DNA of 64,000 nucleotides from Sphagnum compactum (lineage: Eukaryota). The notes beneath the pieces are model-generated. The model searched no databases. It saw only the letters and a program-made list of their open reading frames with translations, and was not told the DNA's origin. Made by a program: the position numbers and the translations under genes. Each line of letters begins with the position of its first letter. Within the stretch, counting starts at the first letter, position 1. Positions 1 through 12,915 of the stretch are shown piece after piece. The DNA is taken from assembly GCA_965153455.1 (NCBI GenBank), contig OZ234493.1:29874213-29938212 (forward strand), read 5' to 3'.

Positions 1-1172
1 TGATGAAGTTTGAGTATGAAAATGTCAATGAAGGCATTGTAGTAATAAACAAAAGAAAAAAACACTATTAGATGTAAATGAGATAGTTCTTCCCATCCTT
101 CATTTTAATGATGAGATCCAAAGTCAGTTTCCACATTGACAAAATCAATATTTTATGTTTTCCAAAAAATGAAATTCTTTTTTGAATTTTGAAAAAAAAT
201 TATTTTTTCCATAATTTACTAATATTGTGATATTAAATAAATAAATAAATATTTTTATTAAATTAAATTAATAAAATTTAGAGTAAATTTTTTATAACAA
301 AAAAACCTCTTAAATTTATTTTTTTAAGAGTAACTGCCTCAGTGAGCTATATTTAAATGTGGCATGCTTTTTGCATGTGGCCCCATGCAACAAACCTGCA
401 AATTGCTAGCAGCTTTTTTAACAAAGAATTTGGAGCTTTTTTTATACATCATGCTTCTTCTTTTTTGATTTTACAGAGGAATAATGCAGAAACAGGGTTC
501 TGGCATTTTTATTTAATTTAATTTAATTCAATTAATTAAATTTTCCCACTTAATCCTCCAAATGTAAAAATCCTGCTGGGATTTCTGTAGTGTATCTGGA
601 GGGCACATTACTCAGCATATTTGTTCCTCCAATTTGGAGGGATATTTTGAAAAATGGTACACTCACTGAAAAAAAAGAGAAAAATTAATAAATAAAACAC
701 CCGGTCTTCTATACCATAGCCTAAGGTCAGTTTTTATATATATATATATATATATATTTCAAATAATAAAATTTTAAAAAAATTTGGAAATTATATATTT
801 TATCTATCATCTATTATAATATTGTGATGTGAGTAGTGAAATTATTCAAGAGTGTAGCCTATGATAATTATGATGATTTTCAACATGTTAATTTCATATT
901 TTCATAAAATTTCATTTCTCAATTTTGAAGATTCCATAATGAAAAAAAATTTATATATATATATTTTCAAAACATTTCAAGGCATTCTCTAATTTTTTCC
1001 TTCACAAAAAAATTGGTGTCCTTTCTTTTGAAAAAAACAATTATGATTTGAAATTTTCAACATGTCTACAAAATAATATAATTATTAGTAGTAGTGACAA
1101 AAAGCTGCCAAGGTAACCAAGGACAGTATAATACCTATCATTTTTATTAATAAATTAAAAAAAATAAAAATA

Positions 1173-1439
1173 AACAAGGGGGTGTGTCACACTGTGTGGC
1201 CTTGCTATTTACATTTTTAAAAAAGTATCTTAAGGCAAAAGAAAAAATTAAGGAAATTCAAATATTTCACCATTTGCCAAAATAAAATCCTCTAAAAAAG
1301 AAACCAAAATCCTCATATAAAAATAGACCTATTATTATTGTTATTATTACCGAGGGGGCCAAAATCCTTTCAAGCTTCTATACTCTATAATGAATCTAAA
1401 TACAATATCCTTAAGGGGCCTTGGTAGGCAAGGCCAATA
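1173..1439 (+). mobile_element. Dispersed repeat, copy 1 (family also at 34542-34842 in reverse and 35337-35494 forward)
   Basis: Colinear shared blocks GGGGGTGTGTCAC..TGGCCTTGC.ATTTACATT..GTATCTTAAGGC..TTTCACCAT..AATCCTCATATAAAA.TAGACCTATTATT..GGGGCCAAAATCC..ATAATGAATCTAAA.ACAATAT..GCAAGGCCAATA. All blocks are present in the two longer copies and the 5' half is in the third. Superfamily not assignable. Confidence 0.7.
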
Positions 1440-2881
1440 AATAAATAAATAAATAAATAAATAATATTGTTATTTTTATTGCTTCTCAAAAATAAATAAA
1501 AACTTAGTACATTATGTAACTATTTAACCATGGAAAATGTGAGAATATATTATTTGTGTCACCCATAATAATTATTTGTACTTGGTTGTAAGTCATGCCC
1601 CACTCTCCACCTCTCCTTTTTCAAAAGCTTAAAAGTGTAGCAGAAAATGCATAGGTAAGGTACTTAGTATAGGTAGGTAAATGAAAAATAAATTAAAAAA
1701 ATTTAGCATCCTCCTACATTTTTGGCTAATCTGGCGATCTCAAATTTTAAAAATATATATAGAATTTTGGCAACTGAAAACTCAACACCCCCCAAAAAAA
1801 CACTATTTTTTACCATTTTGAATTTGTTTCGCCAAAAAAGAAAAAAACACAATTTGTCGGCGACGCAAAAACCACGAGAACCAGCCCTTGCCTTCGGTTG
1901 TGGGAACCAGTCCGGTTCCAGTCCCTTGCAATCGGAACCAGTCCCTTTGTTATTGCGCGCTCTTGTTTCATCTTCTTCTTCTTCTTCTTCTTCGTCGTCT
2001 TGTAGGTGACTGCCAGATCTTTCACGCTATACATGTGTTTGTATCGGCAGCTCCTCTTCCTCTGCCTGACCTCTCTTCCTGGTGTTTACTGTTTTTGGGT
2101 GTGTAGTAAGCACCTCCTGTTGTTGTTGTTGTTGTTGTTGTTGTTCCTTATTGTTTGTTGAGTGAGAGTCTAGGCAAGTAAGTGGAGACAAGGTGAGCGG
2201 TGGGCTTGAACTCGTGTTGCAGAGTGAGCCATCTGCAGCTGTGAGTTTGCTAGCATGTTTGAATCACTACCACCATACTGGTGGTGCGGCTGCTGTTGTT
2301 GCTGCCGATCCGTTCAATCATACCATATGAACACTTAGCTTCAGCCAGCAATGTTGGTGGTGGTGGTGGTGGTGGTGGTAGTAGAAGTTTATGTTTGGAT
2401 TCTCACATTGGCAGACTGCTCAGGACTGCATACAGATTCGAAGGAGAAGAACAAGAGGAAGAAGAAGCTCATAAGTGGGTTTCAGGACTAGCTTGTTGAA
2501 GTGGATTTGTTTTCAGTTCATTGGGTTCAGCATTCAAATTTTGGGAGGTGCAGCAATTGCGGGGATGAGGAAGAGTTGCATTGTGAGGAGGAGGCGGCGA
2601 GGAGTTACGTGCGGGAAGGAGCAAACGAGTAGGTTTGCATTGTCAACAAGGGATGGCGTTCACGAGGAATGTTATTTTTGGGGTGCCGGTGCCGGGAGGA
2701 AGCATGACTCGGGCGACGGCTTCTTTCCTGACGGAAAAATGCGGACTCGAACAGGGTGGTGTTGTAGTAGTGGAAGACGTGGCGGTGTTGATGGGCGAAG
2801 ATGCAATGACCCCTTGGACAAGGCAGCAGGGACGCGCGTGGGTTGTTGACAATCTTTTCTGGTAGATGCTGCGTAGCAGAT

Positions 2882-5800
2882 ATGTCTACTAGGTGGCCGG
2901 GTGGCCGCAACCTGTGGCTTCTGCTGCTGTGTGCCGCAATCTGGTTCGCCTTCCTGGGCCAGCAAGCACACGGGGGACGTCACCTTTCTTCTTCGGCTTC
3001 ATTGACAGGTTTGTGTATATGTCGTCTGTATGCATGTCAAAACAGTTTCGATGAGAGATTTGGATTGTTGGGACTACACCTGATCCAACCCGTGAAAGAA
3101 CTGGGATTGTAGGGAGTCCGTGCATGCCTTTGGTGATGGATCTGAGATAGAATCGGATCACAATTGCTGATCAACAATTACTGGTGGGAATCTTGCAGTG
3201 TCTGTCACAAAGGGTAATAGACAGGTTTTTGAGATACCACTCTCTTCTCACTCTGCAACAACTTTTTCATCACTATCACAATCCCTGGTGGCTTCTCCTG
3301 ACCATTCTTCTTCCCATTTGCTCTCTACCCACAGGGGTCGTGCAATGTACTTGTCGGCAATTTCTGCAACTCCACCTTTCTTGGCTCCAGCTGTAGCCTT
3401 TCTCCCAGTGTCCTTGAGTACCCTACTCCTTCCAGTGTACTCTGTACCAGCCTCTGCAGTTTCATCTCCACCTTCTTCTGCCTCTGTGCTCCCACTACCA
3501 CCATCCCCACCTGCACTGGTTCCATCATTACAGTCCGGATCACCTCCCACAACCTCCCATTCCTCTGCAGAGCTTCCACTTGCCTCCTTAGTTCCAACTG
3601 CTTCTCCTCCAGCTCTTGTACTTGGTCCATGCCACCCAACGACCGCACCATCTCCTCCTCCTGCTAATGTACTGTCATCACCTGTAAATATGAATCTACC
3701 TCCTCCCCTGGGGCTTGCACCACTTCCAGGTATGCCATCCATCCACGCTATCAGCTTCAATTCTGGGAGATTAAGGTCTAGATGTAGAGAATTTGCTGTA
3801 TTGCACCAGTGGTTCCCATTGCACTGGTGGACAACATTAGGTTTACTGCAGAGGTTCTAAAAGCATAATCTCTGTCTGAACTCATGTTTTTGTTGAGGTG
3901 TCTGCTTCCTGGACTCAAGCTTCACAAACAGGCAGAATCTGCCTCTTAAGTGCTGAGTGAGGTCCTTACATGGGACTTTTTTTTTCCTTCTTTCCCATCC
4001 AGGATGCTGCACTACCAACATGATGGTCCTACCAGATTCATCAAACTCAGCCTGCCAGTGTGTGTATCCAATTGAGGTTGCTTTCCAAATGGAGAATACC
4101 TCAAGTGCTTTCACAAATTCGACTTCTCTGTTCCAGCATGAGTTGGCCTCTCAGCTGGATCTAAAGGATGTACAGGTCCAAATCCAGGCTTTCCAGTTTG
4201 GCACAAACTTCACCCTAGACATGTCAGTGGACATTGGGCCCCTTGTGGGTTTAAGCTTTTCACCTGATGAAATCAGGGTGATTAATTCGTCGCTTATGAC
4301 ACATTCGGTACACTTCAGCAGCACCTTGTTTGGCAGTTATACTGTTGTCAATATCACAGCATTTATGCCTCCTCCACTATCCCAAGGCAAGCATTAGATA
4401 CATTTCTCCTAATTGTTGAAACAGGCAATTTGGTTGCACTTCCAATTCTGGCTTAGGTTCATGCACAATTCAACAGGGCAGGCTTTGAAATTCTTCCGAT
4501 AACTTCTAATTCATTCATAGTTGAGACTGATCTGCTGTTGCCCAAAGATGCTACCATGTTTTCAATTTGTTGACCGCTAGACCAGTGCCAGGAGAGTGGA
4601 ATTAGAGAGACTGAGCTGCACCCTGCATTTGCAGCTGGTCCTCTCTTTGGTCCAATCAAGGCTCCATCAGCCCCACATTCCTCCTCTCAAGGTGGAATAC
4701 CAACAGATGGGGGTCTTTTGCCCTCTGGGAAGAGAACTCATGAGAGAATGTGGTTCATTATTGGTATTGGTGGGGGTACTGCAATACTTGTTCTGGTCCT
4801 CTCTTTTTCAATCTGGAGATGCATCATGAAGAAGACAAAGGATGATGTCAAGAATCCTGAGGCTGCTAATAAAGGTTCTTCTCTCCCTGCCTTCTCTTCT
4901 TACTCAGTTTTTGAACCTCCATTTACACCTTTGTGGTCACTTAATGCCTTGTGCCAACCCTTTGATAGGTCAAATGGAATCAACGTGACAACCCCTTAAC
5001 CTCATGACAAGTATTATGAATGCATTTTTGTTGATGGTCAAATACAGACTGGTTTAGGAGTAATATGATGGCCACCCTGTTGCAATGACTACAGCGCCAA
5101 TGCCTACAGAGATATCTCTCACCACCAGAATGATCACAACACACCAGAAGTCACTACCTCATCCTTCAAATACTCTAGAGTTCTCTTTGAAGGAATTGCA
5201 AGAAGCAACCAATGATTTCTCTCCATCGCTCTACATTGGAGAAGGAGGCTTTGGTAAAGTTTATCGAGGTGTCCTGAAGGATGGGACAGAAGTAGCAATC
5301 AAAAGGCTGATAAGTGGTGGGAACCAAGGAGACAAAGAATTCTTGGTTGAGGTTGAGATGTTGAGTAGGCTGCACCACCGCAACTTGGTCAAATTGCTTG
5401 GTTATTATTGCTCCCTTGAACCTCTTCAGCAACTCTTGTGCTATGAGTTGGTTTCAAATGGAAGCTTGGAGGCTTGGCTGCATGGTATGAGATCTATTAT
5501 TCTTGCTGAGATTGGTTGTAGCTAGATTTGTGGCTGCTTGCTCTTGATCTGCTATTCCATGAGGTTGCATGGATTGCGTCTGGATGGAATTTGACTAGTA
5601 GATTGCAAAATTGGTGTTGGGTGGACAGGGCCTTTGGGCCAAGCACATGGCCCACTGGATTGGAACACACGCATGAAGATTGCACTAGGTGCAGCACGTG
5701 GACTAGCTTACTTGCATGAAGACTCACAGCCTTGTGTCATTCACAGAGACTTCAAGGCATCCAATATCTTGCTGGAGGACAATTTTAACCCAAAAGTGGC

Positions 5801-7057
5801 AGATTTTGGCCTTGCAAGATTAGCTCCTGAAGGTCAACAAGACTATGTATCAACTCGTGTAATGGGAACTTTTGGGTACTTTTTAACATCCTCATCCACT
5901 CTTCCATGCCTTACATGTTATTGGATACATGTGTAACTTAGTTGTCTTCAGGCCAGAGATTTTGTAACTGACTGGGAGCTCTTTGCTTCAGGCATCCTGC
6001 TGTTTAGTGAATTAGCTACGTGTTCCATCTTCTAAGCAGCATTCCAATATGCACTAGAAGCCAGCATGGATCCATGTGGTTGAGGTATGGCTGTGACTTT
6101 TTTTGCCAGGTATGTGGCTCCAGAGTATGCAATGACTGGACACCTATTGGTGAAGAGTGATGTGTACAGCTATGGTGTTGTGTTGCTTGAGCTCCTTTCT
6201 GGGAGAAAGCCAGTTGATTACACCCAACCAGCTGGGGGTGAGAACATAACAGCCTGGGTAAGTTCAAAACCTTTGTGCTGGGGTTTGTTGGAAACCATAG
6301 CTATGCAATATGATCAAGTTGTATAGATAGTGGTTGCTGAGCAAAAAATTGCAGTTGACCCAGAATATTGCAGGTGCTGGTTCATGAATGGGGAACCAAG
6401 CCTGGTTGAACCCCAGTGCAAGTCTATGTGGCTTGCTCAAAATACAGAATTCCAAAAAGAGAAATTTTTTATTGAAGAGGGATAGTATGCACTGCTTGTA
6501 ACTAAGATTTTCTGCCATCTACAATTGTATATAGCTTCAACATGAAGCAGCTATGAAGTGCTGTCTGCGTCTTATAACCATCCTTTGATTGACTTGTGTA
6601 GGCACGACCTCTGTTTAATGAGAGATATAGACTGCATGAGCTTGCAGATCCTTCCTTAGGAAGCAAGTACCCTCTAGAGGACTTCATCCAGGTAGCCACC
6701 ATTGCTGCAGCATGTGTGGCACCTGAATGTAGTCAGCGGCCCACTATGGGAGAAGTGGTCCACTCTCTTAAACTAGTGTGCCAACTGCATGAATATGGAA
6801 CCAGCACTGAAGTTGAAAGAGACATGAGCAGTGAAGGGGAGAAAGAAGGAAGTGTGGAGACCCCGACATCTCTCAGTGCCTCAAAGAGATCCTTTGCCAC
6901 CACTGTACAAATGCATAGACCTACCTTAACTACCTTTGGATCTGAAGGCTCATTGTCCACATTCTCATCAGGGCCATTTTCAGGTGTGATGGGCATCGAG
7001 AATGATATTCTAACAAGAACTTCCATAATATCAGAGGATCTTCACGAAGTGAGGTAG
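2882..7057 (+). CDS. Proline-rich extensin-like receptor-like Ser/Thr kinase (ALE2/At4g02010-type subfamily), 8 exons, ~840 aa
   Basis: Phase-consistent exons 2882-3008, 3199-3729, 4003-4386, 4635-4874, 5095-5484, 5629-5875, 6110-6257, 6602-7057. Signal peptide ([16 protein letters not shown]), Pro/Ser-rich region, Cys-containing ALE2-type ectodomain ([17 protein letters not shown]), TM helix ([22 protein letters not shown]). Kinase motifs [35 protein letters not shown]-terminus [14 protein letters not shown]. Confidence 0.93.
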
Positions 7058-9272
7058 GGATGGAAGTACTCCAGTGCTGACACACATGAAGCAACCCTGC
7101 TTGTTCTTGCAGTCAAATCCAGGCCACAGGATGTTGTGGCAGCTCCAAACACAAGAAGGGCATAAGGCTACATCTCTTCAGCATTGATAATCCAGAAGCC
7201 ATATTTCCAAGATCTTGACATTGCAGATATTGACTGCAACGAGGTTTCAGAATCTGAAGTGGCCTTGTACTGTGATTTTACGTACTTATCCAACATTGGA
7301 TCTTTCACACTTGTCTTCCCATGACCATACTTTCTACCAGCAATTATCATAAGACAGAAATAGAGATTGCTCACAGAATGCCATGAGAGATGAACCTATA
7401 GTGCCTGATGCAGGGATACTGAAGAGATTATTCTTCAACTTTGCTCCAAACCCATTTCAGGTTTGACTTTTTAATACTGGTTCTTGTAAAATACCTTGTA
7501 CTACTATCTACCATTCTCCATTGATTTTCAAATTTCCTTTTAACAGAGATATTCCCTGACATATGAGCTTGATAGATAACTGAAAGCTACACTTGTGACA
7601 GAATTAGGAGGTAGTTGGCTTTTATTCAGGTCAATCCCCAGTGAAGGTAGCATCTCATCTCATCAACAGGTTACTTGAGGATATAACTCTGAAGTGTCAA
7701 ATCTTGAGCAATTGGGCATTATCCTGAGATTGCCCATTTTTAAAATTTTACAATTGTTTTTCCATGGCCATAAACTGTTTTTCAATCAGCTTCAGTTGTT
7801 GCATCATTCAGATATTAAGTGGACTTGAGCTCAAATTTCTTTGAAATGACAATAAAAAATGAGTTTTGTTCATAATCACTCTTGTTCTCTACTGTGAAGA
7901 TGCTTTGTACTAAATTACTATCAGATGATTTCTAGTAACGTTTGAACTTCAGGCAATGATGGATGTATTGCTTTTGTGTATTCTAAAAATCAGGTGGTTT
8001 CTTATGAAATCCTGCTTGAATATCCAGAACATCATCATTAAGCTTGAGAAGATGTGTATAGGAGAATAGCTCACTATTTTGAGCTGCCCAGGCATGAGGG
8101 TGGTACCCAATCGATGTGCATTGAGAAATGGGGAAGGATTGAGAGGGCAACTCTTCTCATGAGCGAAGAACTGGCCTTCTATTTTCTCCATCTTTTCCTT
8201 TTTGATTTCTTTCCAGTCTGTCTATATGTTCCCCCTCCCGCCCTGAGTTGCAGCACCCCTATTTTGCAGTGGCTTCACTGTTGTTCCCAGGTGGCTGCTC
8301 CACATGTGCAGGCTTACATTGGTCACATTAGCAACTCAGTGATTACATTGATCACCTTAACAACTCAGTGATTTTGATAGCAAATAAGAGCTGGAAAGAG
8401 CAAGGGCAAGGAGGACAGTCTACGGAGTGGAAGGAATCTTCCACATGGAACATTTCTTGAAGCATTCTATGTGAAAGGGAAAGAAAAATGGCAAGGAGGA
8501 TGGTTACAGAGTGAAAGAATCTTCCATCTTGGAAACCATTTCTTGAAACATTCTACTTGACAATGGTCATCAATTAACAAAGGAAATAAAGGCCAGTGCT
8601 TTAGGAGTTTAGATTGACTATTTCCTACATTTAGTCCAATATTCCATTGGACATGAGAAGGTAAACAATTAGAAGTATGAATGAATATGTAACAAAACAT
8701 TTCAACATCCAGCTTTTGATGTAAACAGTGTTTCAAATACCCAAGAGAAGAATCTCATACAGAAACCACATCCAACATATATCCATCCAACACCTACAAA
8801 TGCAGACCTTGTGTTTTGTGTATACAATAACACCCAATAACATCTTAAATCTATTAAGTATTGTTCCCTGGTCAGTTTTAACTCATGTGGACATCACATG
8901 TAGAGGCTCACCACAACCTTGGATGAGTGCAAATTAGTATACAATAGGCCGAACACTTCCACAACATGGAACATAAACTATCAAAAGAAACAAATAGTTT
9001 GTATCTTATGGAGGCTTCTTTATGGAGGCTTCTTGTGTATTATTCAAAGAATGTGTAGTAGGATCCATCACCTTTTTGCAGTTGCAGCTTTATGCAGCTC
9101 TACAACAGGAAGGTCAACAAAGTGTGATTGCCTAGACTGCAGAAAACCCAAGTGATACTGTATTTTGTGGGAAGAAGTGGGGTGGGGGTGCAGCTCATGA
9201 ATCCTCATGCCTGTCAGCTCCCACATCCCAGATGAGGGCACTGTGTGCACAAACCATGCTTAGTTTGTTGCA

Positions 9273-12200
9273 TCACAAGCTTGCCTCCAAAGACACACAT
9301 GACTCCTGTTGCTTCAAGGTCTCAGCAACATGGGCAATCACACCAGCTCCCTCATAGTGCAGCCACTCTTGCTTCACCTGCAATCCATGATCAGTCAACT
9401 CCTCTGAGACTCCCCACACTCCAAATCACATAGATAGATCTGAGAGGAGATCAAAGAGGGATTCAATATAGTGCCAGGGTTCAAAAGAGCTTACATGTAT
9501 GGCACCGTGTGCCAAGAATGGCAAAAGTGCAGAGTGGAAGCTCACGTCCACTTTTTGCCAACTTACCTGCTGCAGGCCTCGTACCATTTCCTCTGTAAAC
9601 CACAGAAGCATGAGGAGAAAACAGTTAGTGCAATGTTGACAGGTTAAAGTGTGCTGCAAAAATGTTGTGGAATCGGGGACGACAGCCATCTGGTTTGAAT
9701 TTTGAATGAGTGAAGGAAAGAAAGGAATCCCTACTGCATGCACTCAAAGCTCAATTTCTCACCTCAAGCACACACATCACTTGAATTTCAGATGGATTTT
9801 ACAAATCCAAACCTGTGAAGTCAGGAGGAAACAGTTCACACCTTCAAGCATGTCATGATAACTTGCAGCTTTCGTGCTGCTTGGAACCATTTGAGCTGCC
9901 ACCTTTGTTCGAGCAGTCCCTTGCTCAAAACTCAGTGATTCACTCTCCACAGCTGGACAATGTGCCACGTTCACAACATGCTTGTAACCACGCAACGAGT
10001 TCTGTGGCGGCTGTTAACATTGTATGTTCATTGTCAACATGAGAACAAGTACTTGCAATTCATCTCAGAATCAGGGACCCAGAGGAGGACAGAAGAAAGT
10101 CCAACATCACATTGGAGAATGAACAAAAAGCAGGCACTGCCAAAAACACCTTTGAGAGTTCAGACTCTCTCCGAATTGAAGATGTGCGCCATCCCACCAT
10201 ATCTGTAGCCAGTCAACTAAGGTTCTTGCTTACCAACATTCAAAAGTACGATAGCACAGAAATAGACATAAAAGACACAACTGGAGATGCCATGAAAAAT
10301 AGTTTATGCTTTTGACTTGCTCTGTGTCTCACCCACAGCATCCAACTTCAGCTTTGTGAACAAATGAGGATACAATCATAGTTGACATTTGCATACACCA
10401 CTCTTGACTTGAAAGAACGAAGTGCAGATCTGTCATATCAGAGTTCCACACATATTTGGTTCAATGCCAAGCAGACTGTGACACCAGATGTCTACGTTAG
10501 GAATTTTCACCACCAAGAGAGTCCTCAGTATCAAGACATCAGGAATGAGGCCCTAGTACGTACATACATAAAGGGACCTTCTGGGCAGTCTGAGGCCATC
10601 TGCAAGAGAAGAGGCTGATCATTGGGTTTTCCATCTGTCAGAAACAGCTGCTTTCCAGTCTGCCCCACCACAAAGGGTGCTATTGGTACTGCAATCTCTT
10701 CCAAAAGTGGCAACCCCAGGAGGAATGGTAGCTGTGGGAGCAGTAGCACAATCATTAGCAAAACTTGCTTACTAGGTGTATTGAGGTGAAAATGCTACAA
10801 CTGGCTCAACAAATACCACCAGAATTGAAATTCAAGAACTCCTCATAGAATGATGTACCTGCTTCTTCCCCCTCACACCCAAATGAGGGCTAGCAAGTGT
10901 TACAAAGTTGACAGGAACCAGGCCCGCCACCTTGGCTTCCTGGTGACACTGCAACCTAGGATGCTCCTGGCTTTGACTCTGTGGTTCTCCAAGCAGGACA
11001 ATGTCTTCAATCAGATCGACTTGAGGTGTATACAGTGCTGCAATTGCATACCTTGCAAAGAGGCCCCCAAGTGAGTGGGCTACAAATGATATCCGTGTCA
11101 AGCTTGGAGTCCCATCTACAATTTGCTGAACCTGCATAATAAAAAGGGATGATAACATATTTTGCTTGGAAGCTTGAATAACAAACTTCAGATGAAAACC
11201 AGCAAGCAGCTATGGATGGTGCAGCATGATAAAAACAAGGAGAGCTTTACCTCATCAGCGAGGCGTTTGCCACCAAAGTCAATGCCAGCAAATGTTTGGA
11301 GAAAGGAATTCACAGAACTTGCTGCCACAAGACAGTCCCAACATTGACTGGAGTAAGAAAGTTCGCTGACCAAAAAGCAAGACATCAAGCTTTGCTGCAC
11401 AATTGCTGCAGGATAAGAAGGAGCCAGAGACATCATGAACAATACAATGGTTTCAAATAGCAAGATTCCCTGATCTTCAATGATCAATTCAACTCAGAAA
11501 ATAAGTGTTTAAAACCAAAACACTACCATGTATTTGAAATTTGTTGCCAAGGCGACGCTTGAGCTCACTTTCCACATACGTCCAGTCACTTGAGCTGCCA
11601 TATGATACTTTGATAGAGTTAGCAACAGATCTGCCATCACATGATTCCTGCAATAGGGTTAAACAAATGGAATCACTCAAAGGCTACTGTAAACCTTACA
11701 GAACAGTACTTACTTTCTGATGATTCTAACAATCCGCATGCAGCAACAGCAGTAGAATCTTGTGAGTCTTCATGTGACCTCTAGGTCTTGAGGTGTGCAA
11801 AAGCATGATATAGCCTAGTGGCAGTTTGGCAGCAAAGAGAGGGGTCATACCTGCCCAGAATACCATGCACAAGCACTACAAGATGGTCCGGCAGCGCATT
11901 GAGCTGCAGCACCCTCTGGGAGTGGGACTGAAGGACTGGCACCAACGTATTGCTCATGCTGGCACTTCCTCCCTTCAACCTTTTTGTAAAACCCTCTCTC
12001 CTTCTGCCATGAGCAACTGCCATTTCCAAGGGAAGATTCAATGGGAGATTGAATTCTTGTTGGAGGGGCAATTTGAAATTAACATGAATGTTTAGACCAT
12101 CAACAAAACATCACGCACACATGGGTCAATCAATTCTTTCTGCATTTGAGCTACTTCCTGAGACCTTCCCAAAACCCAGTCCCACAAGACCTCAGGGAAG

Positions 12201-12556
12201 AAACCCTTGGAAACCAAAGTGAGGCTCATCCACAGTCTCAGCAGCATCAGCATTCTGAGATCAAATACCTTCCAATTCTGAGACAAAATCTCTCCCCGAT
12301 ACCATCCAATTCTACTCTACTCTTTCTTTCCCAGCCCCAGACCACACACACACACACACACACACACAAATTCCGACGTCCTAAACAGTCTTCACAAAAC
12401 CGTCACCAAAAACAGGGCATGAATCTGGGTACCTAATTCGCCATTACCTTGAAAGTGAACAGACGAAGAGTAGCGTGGGTAATGTGGGAGAAACCACGAA
12501 GGTGTGGATGGTCCAGAGGAGATCTTGGAACGCAGCAGCACCGCCACCAGTGTCAT
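9273..12556 (-). CDS. DUF676 putative lipase / alpha-beta hydrolase, 11 exons
   Basis: Exons (minus) 12556-12448 (or -12433; first exon less certain), 12055-11851, 11594-11527, 11321-11251, 11131-10859, 10731-10568, 10429-10374, 10202-10150, 10010-9842, 9592-9495, 9377-9273, all in phase. Motifs HLVVLVHGILGSSSDW, GIDFGGKRLADEV, ISFVAHSLGGLFARYA (nucleophile elbow), FVTLASPHLG, YANVNYDYMVGWRTSSIRRE. C-terminus KQQESCVSLEASL*. Confidence 0.9.
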
Positions 12557-12742
12557 GATTTCTTCACAACTGCAGCTGCAATCACTTCATTGCTTCTGCC
12601 ACCAAAACTTACTAGGTAGCGATGGCGTGCAATCGACAGACAACATTATTGCTCACAACCTTGGGCTTTTCTTGAAAGTTGGTTTTCCCAGTTCTCATCC
12701 CCAGTTTGGCCGGAGCTTCAAAATGCCGGGTCAAAGTGAACC

Positions 12743-12915
12743 AGCACCCAGGAGCCCACCATTATCCATCCATCCATCCATCCTAAGCATGAAGTGATTG
12801 GTTGGTGGGCTCCTGGGTGCTTGCTGGATGGATGGATGGATGGATGGTGGTCTCCTTGCTGCTTGTGGAGTGAGTGGATGGATGGTGGATGGATGGTGGC
12901 TCCTTGCTGCTTGTT
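12743..12915. repeat. 19-bp perfect inverted repeat plus (CATC)n/(GATG)n microsatellites and short degenerate direct repeats
   Basis: AGCACCCAGGAGCCCACCA (12743-12761) is the exact reverse complement of 12803-12821. It is followed by two GGATGGTGG(T)CTCCTTGCTGCTTG units. Confidence 0.85.

Noticed and set aside
3248..3760. 170-aa Gly/Glu-rich minus-strand ORF and similar antisense ORFs over other genes
   Set aside because: These are antisense shadows of real exons, here the Pro/Ser-rich kinase exon 2.
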